A stretch of DNA of 64,000 nt from an uncultured Gammaproteobacteria bacterium (GCA_964613815.1 CAZTKG010000001.1:200895-264894); one strand, 5' to 3'; positions 29,007-38,822 are shown, counted from the first letter of the stretch. The notes: generated from the sequence alone by a model not told the origin. A program made the numbers and translations.

Positions 29007-29318
29007 ATGAACCCCCGTCGCCCGACGTCACCCTTTGATGTCACCACCCTTGTCACCCTTAGCGGGTCAGATGCAGCTCGGGCTGATACGCTTCTGTGGT
29101 ATACGCTTGGTGGAGCATTTCCTACATTTGCCATGCTCGCCGCGATTGCGGTCTGTACGGCATTCGTTCACGAGATGCATCCGGACCGTTTGGACATAGC
29201 ATGTGTCATTCTCCGAGATCTCGATAAGGTCATCTTTCCAGCCATCATGGCTGCTGCCATCCTCGTCGGCGTGATCAATGGTCAGTACCATGCTCGTCGA
29301 CGCCATGGAATACCGTGA
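29007..29318 (+). CDS. Hypothetical 2-TM protein
   Basis: GGAGG SD before MNPRR; two hydrophobic segments. Confidence 0.6.
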   Translation: MNPRRPTSPFDVTTLVTLSGSDAARADTLLWYTLGGAFPTFAMLAAIAVCTAFVHEMHPDRLDIACVILRDLDKVIFPAIMAAAILVGVINGQYHARRRHGIP

Positions 29319-29554
29319 TGCCTGGCGATCACCATGTCCGCAGAGGCACCGTAGCTTTTGTCATCGCACTGCTACTGATCCTGCTCCTGCCTTTCGGGCA
29401 GGCCGCAGCATCACAACTCCCGATGATCGCGCCACATATCTTCCCTCTCGAAACTCCATGGGGACGGGTTGGCATGATTCTCGGAGCCATGATCTGTTCG
29501 TCCGTGATGGGCGGGATGATCATTGGCCACGCGCTATGCCGCCGACTTCTCTAG
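29315..29554 (+). CDS. Hypothetical 2-TM protein
   Basis: GTGA overlap with the upstream gene; two hydrophobic segments; hairpin after stop. Confidence 0.55.
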   Translation: MMPGDHHVRRGTVAFVIALLLILLLPFGQAAASQLPMIAPHIFPLETPWGRVGMILGAMICSSVMGGMIIGHALCRRLL

Positions 29555-29629
29555 CCCGACCATTCGCTCCCTTGAGCGTCTGGTCGGTATTTGTTTGCAA
29601 AAAAGACGGCTCAATCGCCGTCCTTTTCT

Positions 29630-32353
29630 CTATTTCCCGCAACACTGCTTATACTTCTTTCCACTTCCACACGTGCATGGCTTGTTGCGCCCAGTTTTCT
29701 GATCTGCGGATTTGATGATTGCCGCTGCTGCCCCCATTGTCTTCCTTGCTCCAGCAAACTGTAGGCGCGCTTTTTCTAGAATTGATGGCGCGAGCTTGAT
29801 CACCTGCTGGGCCTTGAGCGTCTGCCCGAGGATTTTGAAGATGTTGTAGACCACTTCTCGACGAATGGATTGCTGAAGGGCGCTGAAGTGCTCAAATGCC
29901 TCGCGCTTGTACTCAACGAGTGGGTCGCGCTGACCATATCCTCGAAGACCGATTGATCTACGAAGATAAGTCATTGTGTCGAGATGACTGACCCAGGCGT
30001 TGTCGATTGAACGGAGAATGACTCCCTTTTCTAACTTCTTGAGCTGACTCTTGTCTTCAAATGCTTCCTCCGCCTTGTCGAGGCGCGTGTTTATGACAAC
30101 CATCGTCCCCTCGATGACCTCTGTGCGAATTTCTGCAAGACGCTCTTTGTCCTTTGGAATTTCTGGAAGCGCTGTTTTGATTTTTCCTGCGAGCTCTTCT
30201 GGCAATACTGTAATCGTACCAAGTGCTTCTATGATTTCTTTTGGGTCCCAATCTCCTCGGTTTTTTTCTTGGAACTCCTTTGGTACATCATCTGTCGCTT
30301 CTGTGGTGTGAAAATGGACGATGCGTTCCACCTCGGCCTCAATCATGCTTGAGATTTCTTTTTTGGCGTCAAACTCGTCGTCTTTTACCATCTCTCGCCG
30401 CTTGTCGTAGATACCTGTCCGGTGTTTGTTTAGGACATCATCGTAGTCGAGGAGATGTTTTCGCACGTCAAAGTTGCGGCCCTCAACGCGGGACTGGGAC
30501 TTTTCTAGGGTCTTGGAGATAATCTTACTTTCGATTGGTACAGTCTCTTCAACTCTGAGGGTGTCCATGACTTTTGCGACGCGGTCACCTCCGAAGATAC
30601 GCATGAGGTCATCTTCTAACGATACGTAAAATTGTGTTGTTCCAGGATCCCCCTGACGACCGGCTCGCCCTCTAAGCTGGTTGTCGATCCGCCGCGATTC
30701 GTGCCGTTCGGTTCCGATGACGTGCAGGCCGCCGAGATCTTTGACCTCTTGTTGCTCTTCTGACGTAGATGGGTTCCCTCCGAGGACAATGTCGACTCCA
30801 CGTCCTGCCATATTTGTTGCGACGGTTATTGATCCTTTTTTTCCTGCCTGGGCGATGATCTGACCCTCGCGTTCGTGATTCTTTGCGTTGAGCATCTCAA
30901 ATTTGAGACCGGCTTCCCTGAGCATGTTACCGATGAGCTCGTTCTTTTCGATGGAGGCGGTTCCGATGAGGACGGGCTGCCCCCTTTCCTGACGTTCTTT
31001 TGCTTCTGCGATGATACTCATGAGCTTTCCGCGCTCGGTCTTGTAGACGCGGTCAGCGCTATCATTTCTCGCAATTGGTTTATTTGTTGGAATAACGAGA
31101 ACATCTAGATCATAAATCTTTGCAAACTCTTCTGCCTCCGTTGCCGCTGTTCCGGTCATTCCTGAGAGCTTCGTGTACATCCGAAAGTAATTTTGGAACG
31201 TGATCGTGGCGAGGGTCTTACTTTCTCGTTTGATTTCTACCCCCTCTTTTGCCTCGATCGCTTGGTGAAGACCCTCTGAATACCGACGACCTTCCATGAT
31301 GCGACCAGTGAATTCATCAACGATTTTTACTTGCCCCTCTTGGATGACGTAGTCCTTGTCTTTTCTAAAGACAGCGTGTGCCTTTAGCGCCTGCTCTGCG
31401 TGGTGGATGAGAGCGAGACCTCCTTCTGAGTAAAGGTTTTCTACGCCGAGCTTCTTCTCCATCTTTTCGATTCCAGCGTCGGTGAACGTTGCGACGCGCA
31501 TTTTTTCGTCGATGTTGAAGTCCTCATCTTCTTTGAGGTCCTGCGCGATGCCTGCGAATTTGTAGTACATCTCGCCAGACTCTTCTGCCGGGGCACTGAT
31601 GATAAGCGGCGTTCTCGCCTCGTCGATGAGGATAGAGTCGATTTCGTCGATGATAGCGTAGTTTAGGTCGCGCTGAACCATGCGCTCCTTGGTTGGCGCC
31701 ATATTGTCACGAAGATAGTCGAAGCCGAATTGGTTGTTTGTGCCGTAAGTGATGTCGGCGTTGTAGGCATCTGCTCGCTCAGCTGGACGAAGGTAGTCCA
31801 TCTGGACTTTGAATGAGCCTGTGTTGTTTTGGTCTTGATGATCTTCTGCCTTCCAGGACTCGTCGTAGATGTAGCCACCTTCCTGCTGAATGCAGCCAAT
31901 GGAGAGACCGAGGAACGCGAATACCTGCCCCATCCACACAGCGTCACGCTTCGCTAGGTAGTCGTTTACGGTGATGAGGTGTACGCCTTTTTCTGACAGG
32001 GCGTTTAGGTATGTCGAAAGTGTTGACGTGAGCGTTTTCCCTTCTCCGGTGCGCATTTCTGCGATCATGCCGCGGTGCATGGAGAGCCCGCCGATGATTT
32101 GGACGTCGTAGTGGCGTTGACCGAGAGTTCGCATACCAGCCTCTCGCACGACAGCAAAGGCTTCGTAGGCAATGTCGTCTAGGGTTTTGCCGTTTTTGAT
32201 TGCTGTTTTGAATTCTTCTGTTTTTGCCTTGAGTTGGTCGTCTGATAGTGCCTTGATGCCTGATTCTAGGGCATTTACCTGTTCTACCTCTTCTCGTAGG
32301 GACTTGAGAAGCTTTTTATTGGGGTCTCCGAAGATTTTGGTGAGGATGCTCAT
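29630..32353 (-). CDS. secA: Protein translocase subunit SecA
   Basis: MRTGEGKT, DEIDSILIDEARTPLIIS, GRAGRQGDPG, SEC-C motif CTCGSGKKYKQCC. Confidence 0.99.
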   Translation of the reverse strand: MSILTKIFGDPNKKLLKSLREEVEQVNALESGIKALSDDQLKAKTEEFKTAIKNGKTLDDIAYEAFAVVREAGMRTLGQRHYDVQIIGGLSMHRGMIAEMRTGEGKTLTSTLSTYLNALSEKGVHLITVNDYLAKRDAVWMGQVFAFLGLSIGCIQQEGGYIYDESWKAEDHQDQNNTGSFKVQMDYLRPAERADAYNADITYGTNNQFGFDYLRDNMAPTKERMVQRDLNYAIIDEIDSILIDEARTPLIISAPAEESGEMYYKFAGIAQDLKEDEDFNIDEKMRVATFTDAGIEKMEKKLGVENLYSEGGLALIHHAEQALKAHAVFRKDKDYVIQEGQVKIVDEFTGRIMEGRRYSEGLHQAIEAKEGVEIKRESKTLATITFQNYFRMYTKLSGMTGTAATEAEEFAKIYDLDVLVIPTNKPIARNDSADRVYKTERGKLMSIIAEAKERQERGQPVLIGTASIEKNELIGNMLREAGLKFEMLNAKNHEREGQIIAQAGKKGSITVATNMAGRGVDIVLGGNPSTSEEQQEVKDLGGLHVIGTERHESRRIDNQLRGRAGRQGDPGTTQFYVSLEDDLMRIFGGDRVAKVMDTLRVEETVPIESKIISKTLEKSQSRVEGRNFDVRKHLLDYDDVLNKHRTGIYDKRREMVKDDEFDAKKEISSMIEAEVERIVHFHTTEATDDVPKEFQEKNRGDWDPKEIIEALGTITVLPEELAGKIKTALPEIPKDKERLAEIRTEVIEGTMVVINTRLDKAEEAFEDKSQLKKLEKGVILRSIDNAWVSHLDTMTYLRRSIGLRGYGQRDPLVEYKREAFEHFSALQQSIRREVVYNIFKILGQTLKAQQVIKLAPSILEKARLQFAGARKTMGAAAAIIKSADQKTGRNKPCTCGSGKKYKQCCGK

Positions 32354-32406
32354 AATGGGGCTATTGTGCGGGATTTGAGCTTAATTATCAAGGGTTGACA
32401 GCACTC

Positions 32407-32518
32407 CCCATCTCGAGCGTAGTCGAGAGATCTCACGGTATAGCGATGCTGGTGTTTCTATTTGTGACAGTCATGACGCACTCCCCCGAAGAGATCTCTC
32501 GACTTCGCTCGAGATGGG
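32407..32518. repeat. REP-like family A inverted doublet
   Basis: CCCATCTCGAGCGTAGTCGAGAGATCTC...GAGATCTCTCGACTTCGCTCGAGATGGG. Confidence 0.9.
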
Positions 32519-32537
32519 AAGGGACGAAAAAAGAGGC

Positions 32538-32843
32538 TTATCGCCTCTCTTTGTATTGCTTTATCTGCCGTTTGAGCTCGTCGGTGACCTTGTCGATGGA
32601 TGCGTAGAGGTCTTCTGTTGTTGCCTCTGCGCGTAGCATCTTTCCTGGGATGGTGAGGTTCACCTCTGCCTTGAAGATCTTCCCTTTTGTCTTTTGCCTT
32701 GCCGTCTTGCCGACATCGACTCTGACATCGCATGGCGATAGGCCTTCTGTGAGTTTTGCGACCCCCTCGATCTGCTTTTCGACCCTTGCCCGAATGGCGG
32801 GTGTTACGTCTAAATGCGTGCCGTGAATGGATACGATTCTCAT
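32538..32843 (-). CDS. hpf: Ribosome hibernation factor (HPF/RaiA family)
   Basis: LDVTPAI, AEVNL, EDLYASID; upstream of secA. Confidence 0.88.
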   Translation of the reverse strand: MRIVSIHGTHLDVTPAIRARVEKQIEGVAKLTEGLSPCDVRVDVGKTARQKTKGKIFKAEVNLTIPGKMLRAEATTEDLYASIDKVTDELKRQIKQYKERR

Positions 32844-32860
32844 ATCGTTTTGGCTACGAA

Positions 32861-33826
32861 TTATTGAATATATTGTACCTCGTCATGGAGGTTGATGCCG
32901 AATTGCTCCTTTGCCTGTTCTTTGACGTGGTTTACGATCGCCATGACATCCTCAGCTTTCGCCTCCCCGAGATTCACGACGAAGTTGCCGTGCTCGTCGC
33001 TGATTTTGGCGCCGCCGACTTGGTACCCTTTGAGGCCCATTTGGTCGATGATCCAGCCGGAGCTGAGGCGCATGGATTTGATCATTGGCTCTGGGATGTC
33101 TAGCTTGGTTTTGATGGATTCTAGCTCTTCTTGTGACACGATGTCGTAGTTTTTGAACATGCAGCCGGCAGAACCTGCGTAGAGAGGTTGGGAGGATTTT
33201 CTGGCGTTGAGATGGTCGGTGAGCTTTGCCTTGAGTTCTTCGGCCTTGCCGGGCTTGAGCTCTAATGTTGCTTCGAGGACGATATCTTCTGAGTGCTTGA
33301 TGGCGGACTCTCGGTAGCCGAAGTTGAGATCTACTGCTTGGATGTCGATGACTTCATGGTTGCGGAGGATTTTTACCGATGTTACCGAGTCCTTCATTTC
33401 TCCACCGAAGCAGCCAGCGTTTCCTCTGACGGCGCCACCGATGGTGCCCGGGAGGGAGATGGCCCATTCGAAGCCCTCTAGACCTGCCGATGCGGTGATT
33501 CTGGCGAGGGCGGCGGAGATCATGCCTGCGCCTGCAGTAACGGTCGTGTCCGTGATTTGATGATCTCGGAGGGCGAGCTTGATGCATGCGCCGCGGAAGC
33601 CTTCATCGGCAACCAAGGTGTTTGATCCTCCGCCGAGGATGAAGTAGCGGACATCTTCATCTGACATCACCTTGATTGCGTGCTGGAGCTCCTCGATAGT
33701 TCTGACTTCGATGAACAGATCAGCAGGGCCTCCGATGCGAAAATTTAGATGCTTTGCGAGAGGCTCGTCTTGTTTAACGCGGTCTGTTGAGATCTTTTTT
33801 GCGAGTTTTTTGATCGTTTCTTCCAT
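32861..33826 (-). CDS. murB: UDP-N-acetylmuramate dehydrogenase
   Basis: RIGGPA, GGGSN, PGTIGGAVRGNAG, SAGCMFKN; start at MEETIK. Confidence 0.96.
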   Translation of the reverse strand: MEETIKKLAKKISTDRVKQDEPLAKHLNFRIGGPADLFIEVRTIEELQHAIKVMSDEDVRYFILGGGSNTLVADEGFRGACIKLALRDHQITDTTVTAGAGMISAALARITASAGLEGFEWAISLPGTIGGAVRGNAGCFGGEMKDSVTSVKILRNHEVIDIQAVDLNFGYRESAIKHSEDIVLEATLELKPGKAEELKAKLTDHLNARKSSQPLYAGSAGCMFKNYDIVSQEELESIKTKLDIPEPMIKSMRLSSGWIIDQMGLKGYQVGGAKISDEHGNFVVNLGEAKAEDVMAIVNHVKEQAKEQFGINLHDEVQYIQ

Positions 33827-33827
33827 A

Positions 33828-35138
33828 TTATTTTTTGTATTCTCTTGCGAGCGTGTCGATTGCGCCGGCACCCATGTAGATAATGACGTCGCCTTCGGTC
33901 TTGATTTTGTTGATTTGATCACGCACGGCGTCGAAGTCCTTTGCGTAGATTACCTCCTCTACGGTGTTTTGTTTTTTGATGAGGTCAGCGAGGTCTTTTG
34001 ATGACTCGTACTTTTCTTCTGTGCGGCCGGCGACTTCGTAGACTTCTGAGAGGATGAGGACATCGGTCTTGTCGAAGACGTGCTTGAAATCATCAAATAG
34101 CTCGTGGGTTCTGGAGTGCTGATGAGGCTCGTAGACGGTGATGATACGGCGGCGTTCGAAGGTTTCTCTGTAGGCGCTCAGGGAGGCGTTGATCTCTGTT
34201 GGGTGATGGGCGTAGTCGGAGTAGACATCGGCCCCGTCGAAGTTGCCGATGTACTCGAATCGACGCCAAGTGCCCCTGAAGTTTCTCAGTGCTGTACAAA
34301 TGACCTCACTGTCGATATTGAGATACTTTGCCACAGCGACCGCTGCAGAAGCGTTTATCGCGTTGTGCTCACCAGGGTATTGCAACTCAAAGACCTCGTC
34401 ACCTACAGTGAACTCGCCCGGTCCGCGTGCATCAATACCGAAGGCTGTACCGTTTTTTATAGTCAGTTTTGATGAGATCTCATCTCCCGTTAGAGTGAAG
34501 ACTTGACTCTCTTCTGGCATGGCATCAATCCATTTCTGGAAAGTCTCTTGGATGTGGTCAATGTCCCTGTAGAAATCTAAATGATCTGCTTCGATATTGG
34601 TTATGACAGCTATTTCGGGGATGATTTCGAGCATGCTTGCCATGTATTCACATGCTTCGACGACAAACCAGTCACCTTCCCCGATTCTAACATTGCCCCG
34701 ATTCAAGCCGATGACATTTGTTCCGACGATGACGGTGGGGTCAAGACCGGCCTCCGTCAATACCGCCGCAATCATTGCCGTCGTCGTGCTCTTGCCGTGA
34801 GTTCCGCTTACCGCGATAACCCTATAACTTTTTGCAAGTTCGCCGAGAAACTGAGGATAAGACATCAGCGTGATTCCACGTGACTTTGCAGCTTTACGTT
34901 CTGAATTTGATTCTGGAATCGCTTGCGTGTAGATTACGAGATCACAGTCTTTTGGGACGTTGCTTTCTTTGTGGCTGATTTTTATTGTTGCGCCTGCTTC
35001 TTTTGCGGCGTCGGTGATTTCTGATTGGGCCATGTCAGATCCTGATACTTTTGCGCCTCGAGCGAGCCACCACTTTGCTACTGCGGACGTGCCGATTCCG
35101 CCAATGCCTATAATGTGGACGTTTTTTGCGTTTTTCAT
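33828..35138 (-). CDS. murC: UDP-N-acetylmuramate--L-alanine ligase
   Basis: IGIGGIG, GTHGKSTTT, EACEY, DYAHHPTE. Confidence 0.96.
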   Translation of the reverse strand: MKNAKNVHIIGIGGIGTSAVAKWWLARGAKVSGSDMAQSEITDAAKEAGATIKISHKESNVPKDCDLVIYTQAIPESNSERKAAKSRGITLMSYPQFLGELAKSYRVIAVSGTHGKSTTTAMIAAVLTEAGLDPTVIVGTNVIGLNRGNVRIGEGDWFVVEACEYMASMLEIIPEIAVITNIEADHLDFYRDIDHIQETFQKWIDAMPEESQVFTLTGDEISSKLTIKNGTAFGIDARGPGEFTVGDEVFELQYPGEHNAINASAAVAVAKYLNIDSEVICTALRNFRGTWRRFEYIGNFDGADVYSDYAHHPTEINASLSAYRETFERRRIITVYEPHQHSRTHELFDDFKHVFDKTDVLILSEVYEVAGRTEEKYESSKDLADLIKKQNTVEEVIYAKDFDAVRDQINKIKTEGDVIIYMGAGAIDTLAREYKK

Positions 35139-35240
35139 ACCTCTAGTTTATCCCCTTTGCGCCATATTCGTAAAGATGCGAAAATGCGGTCAATATGTTG
35201 CGCGATCCTACAGTCTAGTGTTTTTTCTTGCTTTGAGCGC

Positions 35241-35349
35241 GGAGATCCTTCCGGCGTGCTAGGGCTGGCACGCCTCAGGATGGGAATAGCTCAGCAACGA
35301 TTCTCCCCATCCTGAGGAGGGGGATAGTCGCCCCTGACGGAAGGATCCC
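35241..35349. repeat. REP-like family B pair (tag-to-tag)
   Basis: AGATCCTTCCG...CCTCAGGATGGG and CCCATCCTGAGGAGGGG...CCCCTGACGGAAGGATC. Confidence 0.85.
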
Positions 35350-35385
35350 GCGCGCACGAATCTTTTATTACCAAATACAAACACT

Positions 35386-36675
35386 ATGAACATCAACATC
35401 GAGGATCCAGAAATCGCAAGCCTACTTAATGATGAACTCAAACGTCAGCAGGACGGGCTTGAAATGATTCCTTCCGAGAATTTCGTGAGCCAGTCTGTGC
35501 TTGATGCGCTTGGGTCAATTGCGACCAATAAATATTCTGAGGGGTATCCTGGGAAGCGGTATTACGGTGGATGTGAGTACGTGGATAAGATCGAACGGAT
35601 TGCGCAGGAGCGGGCGAAGGCGCTGTTTGGAGTGACGCATGCGAATGTACAGAGTTACAGTGGATCGCCGGCGAATCAGGCGGTGTATTATGCGCTTTTG
35701 GAACCTGGGGATACGGTGATGGGGATGCATCTTTACTATGGCGGGCACATGACGCATGGGTTGAAGGTGAATTTTTCTGGGACGATGTATAACTCTGTCC
35801 AATATCAAACGCGCCGGGATGGGTATCTTGATTTGGATGCAATGGATGCGATGGCGCAGGAGCATAAGCCGAAGATGATCATTGTTGGCGCGACGGCGTA
35901 TCCTCGGATTTTTGACTGGCAGGCTTTGAAGGAGATCGCGGATCGGGCTGGGTCTATTTTGATGGCGGATATTTCGCATATTTCTGGGCTTATTGTTGGA
36001 GGTCAGCATCCGACGCCTTGCGGGATTGCGGATGTGGTGACGACGACGACGCATAAGACGTTGCGCGGGCCACGGGGGGCGATGATTTTGTGTAATGGGA
36101 ATCCGTCTACACCACTCAAGAAGGTTAAGAAGACGCGGGAGAATATTCCGACGTTGATTGATCGTGCGATTATTCCTGGACTTCAAGGGGGGCCGCATAA
36201 TCATAAAACCGCGGCGATTGCGGTGGCTTTGAAGGAGGCTGCGGATGAATCATTTAAAGACTATGCGGCGCAGATTGTGGTGAATGCGAAGGCGCTTGCG
36301 GCGGAGATGATGGAGCGTGGGTTTGATTTGGTGACCGGGGGGACGGATAATCATCTTTTACTTTCTGATCTAACGAATAAAGGCGTGACTGGGAAGCAGG
36401 CGGAGGCGGCGCTTGATAAGGCTGGGATTACGGTGAATAAGAATACGGTGCCATTTGATCCGCGGAGTCCGTTTGATCCGAGTGGGATTCGGCTGGGGAC
36501 GCCGGCGCTTACGACGCGGGGGATGAAAGAATCGGAAATGAAGATGATTGGGGCGTGGATTGATCGGGCGGTGAGGGATTTTGATGACGCGGAAAAGCTT
36601 GAGGAGATTCGTGCGGAAGTGGAGGAGATGACGGCGAAGTTTCCGCTGTATGCGGGGACGAGTTATATTCAATAA
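35386..36675 (+). CDS. glyA: Serine hydroxymethyltransferase
   Basis: PSEN, KYSEGYPGKRYYGG, TTTTHKTLRGPRG. Confidence 0.98.
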   Translation: MNINIEDPEIASLLNDELKRQQDGLEMIPSENFVSQSVLDALGSIATNKYSEGYPGKRYYGGCEYVDKIERIAQERAKALFGVTHANVQSYSGSPANQAVYYALLEPGDTVMGMHLYYGGHMTHGLKVNFSGTMYNSVQYQTRRDGYLDLDAMDAMAQEHKPKMIIVGATAYPRIFDWQALKEIADRAGSILMADISHISGLIVGGQHPTPCGIADVVTTTTHKTLRGPRGAMILCNGNPSTPLKKVKKTRENIPTLIDRAIIPGLQGGPHNHKTAAIAVALKEAADESFKDYAAQIVVNAKALAAEMMERGFDLVTGGTDNHLLLSDLTNKGVTGKQAEAALDKAGITVNKNTVPFDPRSPFDPSGIRLGTPALTTRGMKESEMKMIGAWIDRAVRDFDDAEKLEEIRAEVEEMTAKFPLYAGTSYIQ

Positions 36676-36691
36676 TCGTCATCCGCCTCGC

Positions 36692-36776
36692 TCCCATCTC
36701 GACCGAGCGAAGCGAGTGGAGAGATCTCTTCGAACTCGAATAGCTGCGAGATCTCTCCACTTTGGTCGAGATGGGA
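36692..36776. repeat. REP-like family A inverted doublet
   Basis: TCCCATCTCGACC(GAGCGAAGCGA)GTGGAGAGATCTC...GAGATCTCTCCACTTTGGTCGAGATGGGA. Confidence 0.9.
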
Positions 36777-36798
36777 CAGGAAGAAAATGCTTATCTTC

Positions 36799-36827
36799 AA
36801 AAAACTGGCTAAAATAGCCGGTTTTTT
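36799..36827 (+). terminator. Intrinsic terminator after glyA
   Basis: AAAAAACTGGCTA-aaa-TAGCCGGTTTTTT. Confidence 0.7.
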
Positions 36828-36838
36828 GTCTTTTTTAC

Positions 36839-36867
36839 TTGACAAAAGGCGTTTTTTGTGCTATTCT
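36839..36867 (+). promoter_or_regulatory. Sigma70 promoter of the orphan three-gene operon
   Basis: TTGACA-17-TATTCT with extended TG. Confidence 0.7.
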
Positions 36868-36924
36868 TAGCTGTTCTTTGAACGCTAAATGCCTACGCTA
36901 CCCCCACCCAATTCTGGATATCCC

Positions 36925-37519
36925 ATGCGCCCCGAACCCTCCATTCTTCGCGCCAGCCTTGCCCTCCCGCTCTTCGGCGTCATTCTCACCGGCATCTTCC
37001 ACAAGTTCCCCGCGGACTTCAACCCGTGGATCATGTACGGCGTCTTCCTCGCCTGCATGGGGGGCGCTCATCTATGCCTTCATTCGTGACGATCGTTATA
37101 TCGTCCTGCGATTCCTGATCGAGAATGATGAGAAGGGCATCTACAGCCTCCCGTTCATGGCAGCTGTGGATCGCCTGAAGAAGCATGACCCGAAGGTGCA
37201 TGCGCTGATCCTCGGCCATGCGAATATGCAGGATGCTGTCGTGGATGGACTGAAGCACTTGCTCATGCGCACACGAGCGCATCGAGCAGATCACCTCGGC
37301 CCGACCTGCGTCGAATTCCACCAGACGGTTCTGACCCTCTGCACGCTCGCTCGTAGCATCCCGCCCTCTCGCTTCGCTGCCCTCCTCGATGACCAGAGCG
37401 GGCCATGGATGGAGCTGATGATCGACCTTCTGAACAGCTACTCTGTACAAGCCCTGCATGAGCGGCGACTTCCGCTGCTCCACTGCCTGGAGATCAAGAA
37501 TCGACTGATCCCCCGCTGA
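36925..37519 (+). pseudogene. Hypothetical 2-TM protein frameshifted at a G6 tract (37059-37064)
   Basis: MRPEPS...FLACMG joins ALIYAFIRDD...NRLIPR if one G is removed, completing a TM helix. Confidence 0.65.
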
Positions 37520-37523
37520 GGCA

Positions 37524-37604
37524 CTTGCCGAGGACCCAAGCTTAGCTTGGGCGCCTCGGCAGTCTTACTGAGATGCATTCGTGCACTCTGAGGACTTCCT
37601 TCAC
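37524..37604 (+). repeat. Two-hairpin intergenic element, copy 1
   Basis: CTTGCCGAGG...CCTCGGCA-GTCTTACTG...CTGAGGAC..CCTTCAC. Confidence 0.8.
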
Positions 37605-37639
37605 CCCCTTCTTCAACACTGCTCAACGAGGAGAACTCA

Positions 37640-38227
37640 ATGAGCCCCCCTACGACCATCCGCGAATACTATGACCTTCTCGGCCAGGAGCTTGATGTTT
37701 CCTGGCCTGGATGGCGCAACTTCCGCAGCGTCCATCTCCGCGGCTCCCCCATCATGGTGATGGGGTGGCTGAGCGATGATCGCACTATCCTCATGGATAG
37801 CCTCACCGCGGCGGAATCACGCCTGCTTGGAGGCGGCTTCGGGTTCAAGTACCCCGATTCGTGCAACTGCGTCGTAAGGACGCCTGATCCGCGTCCAGAC
37901 TGCGCGGCCGATGAATGGCCCGATGTATGGATCTGGTCTCAGATTCGTCACGGCGGCTTGCGGGACTCTGACCGCATCCTGGCTCGCAAGGAGCTGCTCC
38001 GTCGCAGTCCCAACGAGCCCACTCTCGGACGTGTAGCGCTCAACGACGCGTTCGCGTGGCGGCACAATTACCATGACAGGTACAACCGCGCGCTCGCGAA
38101 GATCGTTAGCGAGACGATCGGCGCCGATGCGCTCATCGACATGATCGAGCGTGACATGACCAGTGGCGAAGACCAGTGCATGCCCCTCGACTGGTCGGAG
38201 CGTACCCTCCTGCTCCTTCGGGGATAA
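37640..38227 (+). CDS. Hypothetical protein
   Basis: 195 aa, GAGGAG SD. Confidence 0.7.
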   Translation: MSPPTTIREYYDLLGQELDVSWPGWRNFRSVHLRGSPIMVMGWLSDDRTILMDSLTAAESRLLGGGFGFKYPDSCNCVVRTPDPRPDCAADEWPDVWIWSQIRHGGLRDSDRILARKELLRRSPNEPTLGRVALNDAFAWRHNYHDRYNRALAKIVSETIGADALIDMIERDMTSGEDQCMPLDWSERTLLLLRG

Positions 38228-38236
38228 CAACCCCTT

Positions 38237-38321
38237 CTTGCCGAGGGCCCGAGCTCAGCTCGGTGCCCTCGGCAGTCTTACTGGCGCGCGAAATCCTTCG
38301 CGCTCCTGAGGACCCCTTCAC
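38237..38321 (+). repeat. Two-hairpin intergenic element, copy 2
   Basis: Same ends as copy 1 with compensatory changes in the stems. Confidence 0.8.
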
Positions 38322-38332
38322 TCGAGGAGACT

Positions 38333-38743
38333 ATGTCTCAGCGTATCCTCAACCTTTCTGGACGAGCCATCCCAGCATCACTTCGCCAAGTTGGTGTCGT
38401 GGACCCGGAAGGCGCCGTCACGCTCGGCCTCGTTCTTGAGGCAATTCGGAACGACCCGTCCAACCTGTATGATCAGCATGTGTCGCTGCTCCTTGCCGCG
38501 GCACGGCAAGCGAGCATTCGGTTCGTGTGGATCGGTATCACCCTCTTCATGCAGCAGACCGTGGATGCGCTCAGCGTCGCCGGTTTCGTCCCGGTTCGTC
38601 TCGAGTTCCTAGATGCGGGCATACGCAGGACTCTGGACGCCTCCGGTGTCGATGGTGCTCAGATGCGGCTCAACTACCGCTTCCGGCCCTTCCTCCAGAA
38701 CGATCCAGTGCCAGAGATCACCTTCGGGATGTCTCTCGGCTGA
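38333..38743 (+). CDS. Hypothetical protein
   Basis: 136 aa, GAGGAG SD; long hairpin and T-run at about 38758-38810. Confidence 0.7.
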   Translation: MSQRILNLSGRAIPASLRQVGVVDPEGAVTLGLVLEAIRNDPSNLYDQHVSLLLAAARQASIRFVWIGITLFMQQTVDALSVAGFVPVRLEFLDAGIRRTLDASGVDGAQMRLNYRFRPFLQNDPVPEITFGMSLG

Positions 38744-38822
38744 GCTCATCAGTATCGAGCCTCGTGATCGCAAAGACCCCGCGTCTTGCGATGCGAGGCC
38801 TTCTTTTTTCTCTTTATTTTTG

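Noticed and set aside
35241-35349. ZTP or other riboswitch upstream of glyA
   Set aside because: The structured sequence is fully explained by two family B repeat units
37524-38321. Two-hairpin elements as integron attC sites or terminators
   Set aside because: No RYYYAAC/GTTRRRY ends, no integrase in the window, and no U-tail
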